From assembly GCA_050173015.1 (NCBI GenBank), contig JBFXLE010000030.1, forward strand, positions 1-38,813: 38,813 bases of DNA. The letters run 5' to 3'. Made by a program: the position numbers and the translations under genes. The notes under the pieces are model-generated. The model was not told the origin of the DNA, did no database searches, and saw nothing but the letters and a program-made list of their open reading frames with translations. This DNA comes from Calditrichaceae bacterium (GTDB taxonomy: Bacteria; Calditrichota; Calditrichia; Calditrichales; JBFXGD01). Shown piece by piece: positions 37,622 to 38,813 of this stretch; positions within the stretch are counted from its first letter, which is position 1, and each line of letters starts with the position of its first letter.

Positions 37622-38812
37622 CTACTTCATTATGATCATTTTCTTAACCGCGTTAAACTTACCGGATTCTATTCTGTAAAAATATATCCCGCTTGACAAC
37701 TGATTGGCATGGAAATCCACAACATGATAACCGGCCGGTTTATAACCATCCAGAACAGTGGCCACCTTTTGTCCGAGAATATTGTATACTTCAATCCTGA
37801 CTTCCCCGGCGTTGGGCAAACCGAACCGAATATGAGTATTTGGATTAAAGGGATTCGGGTAATTCTGTTCGATAACAAATTTTGTCGGAAGATCGGAGAT
37901 AAAATCTTCAATTCCTGTCGGATCAGCGTTCAATTTCACTACCAGAGAATCACTGACGCTGGCGGAGCTGTCATCTGTTAAAGTACAATACAATGTCACT
38001 GTTCCAATATATCCCGGCGCGCTGAGCGTCAATATCATCATGTCAGCATCGAAGTCAAGTTTTAATGTATCATCTGAAACACTAAACTGCCAGGTCATTC
38101 CTGATTCCGGCGAATCGATATCACCGTAAAAATCTTTCATATTCAATTCTTTAGAACTGTTGTTAATAAAATCCACAGTATCCGGTAGATTTGTAAAATA
38201 CGGCGCATCATTGATCGAATTCACTTTGATTGCAAATTTAGCTGAATCAGCCAGCTCACCGTCACTTATTTTCAGCATCAATGTATCAGATCCGAACCAG
38301 TCTGCAGGAGCTTTAAACATAAAGAGCGGTGAATCTGTTTTTACAGTTATAAACTTTCCCGGTGAAACAGAATAGGTGAGAACTGAATCGGCATTATCCG
38401 GATCAGCAACCAAATCAAACCAGGTTGAGAACGCAAGACTCAGTGAATCATCTTCATTAAAACTGAAATCCGGAAGTAAATCGCTGAGAACAGGTGAATC
38501 ATTCACCGCGTCAACAGTAAAAGTTACGGTCGCTGTGTCACTCGCGCCGGCAGGATCACTTGCTATAAATTTTATTGTTTCGCTTCCAAACCAGTTTTCA
38601 TCTGGTACAGTGATGGTCGCAACTCTTTCAGGACTGATGGACACTCCTAAATCAACGGTATCGATGACACTCCACACGATCTCGCTGTCGGTATTATCCA
38701 CATCACTTACAAAATCATCAAGATTAATGGTCGCGAAACCGGCTCCTTCAGCGATGGTCTGATCCGGAATATCTGTCACTACCGGAGCGTCATTGACTGC
38801 CGTGACCGTGAA
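37622..38812 (-). CDS. Secreted cadherin/Ig-like repeat protein with T9SS CTD (5' end outside the window)
   Basis: Frame open to the window edge (FTVTAVNDAPV...); repeats V.AVND.P...D.D....W.GS....SD; CTD QNYPNPFNP.T.I.F.LP...YNILGQ...SSGIYFY..KKM. Confidence 0.85.
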   Translation of the reverse strand, partial: FTVTAVNDAPVVTDIPDQTIAEGAGFATINLDDFVSDVDNTDSEIVWSVIDTVDLGVSISPERVATITVPDENWFGSETIKFIASDPAGASDTATVTFTVDAVNDSPVLSDLLPDFSFNEDDSLSLAFSTWFDLVADPDNADSVLTYSVSPGKFITVKTDSPLFMFKAPADWFGSDTLMLKISDGELADSAKFAIKVNSINDAPYFTNLPDTVDFINNSSKELNMKDFYGDIDSPESGMTWQFSVSDDTLKLDFDADMMILTLSAPGYIGTVTLYCTLTDDSSASVSDSLVVKLNADPTGIEDFISDLPTKFVIEQNYPNPFNPNTHIRFGLPNAGEVRIEVYNILGQKVATVLDGYKPAGYHVVDFHANQLSSGIYFYRIESGKFNAVKKMIIMK

Positions 38813-38813
38813 G

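Overview
Bacterial genomic window, probably from an FCB-associated lineage such as Calditrichota, KSB1 or Ignavibacteria. This is inferred from six secreted proteins ending in 'NYPNPFN...IYN.LG...SG.YF' T9SS/FlgD-Ig sorting domains plus a PorV-like barrel. The window has two blocks. (1) 0.35-6.3 kb, + strand: NADP-type gdhA, a terminator, then a tightly packed operon of a 1000-aa receiver/ATP-grasp (PPDK_N) protein with no pyruvate-binding barrel, a Zn-ribbon microprotein and a second, divergent Glu/Leu/Phe/Val dehydrogenase. (2) 6.3-38.8 kb, entirely - strand: a cell-surface locus interleaving three gene sets. Glycosylation genes: Wzx flippase, GT2, DPM1+GT2 fusion, GT1-like GT, GT-C-like membrane protein, epimerase, methyltransferase-like protein, deacetylase, radical SAM and a NadE paralog. 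An isoprenoid module: CrtE-like GGPP synthase, UbiA prenyltransferase, CrtC/AttH-like hydratase or cyclase and an RPH/PigC-like dikinase. T9SS-type cargo: GH26, a 7-blade FG-GAP propeller, two paralogs with a duplicated unassigned domain, and Ig/FN3 proteins. The best candidate for an undescribed system is a prenyl-glycolipid/meroterpenoid pathway genetically coupled to T9SS cargo; second is the dikinase-like/Zn-ribbon/GDH module. No rRNA, tRNA, CRISPR array or transposase was seen. All family calls come from motif recognition by eye; no database search was run.
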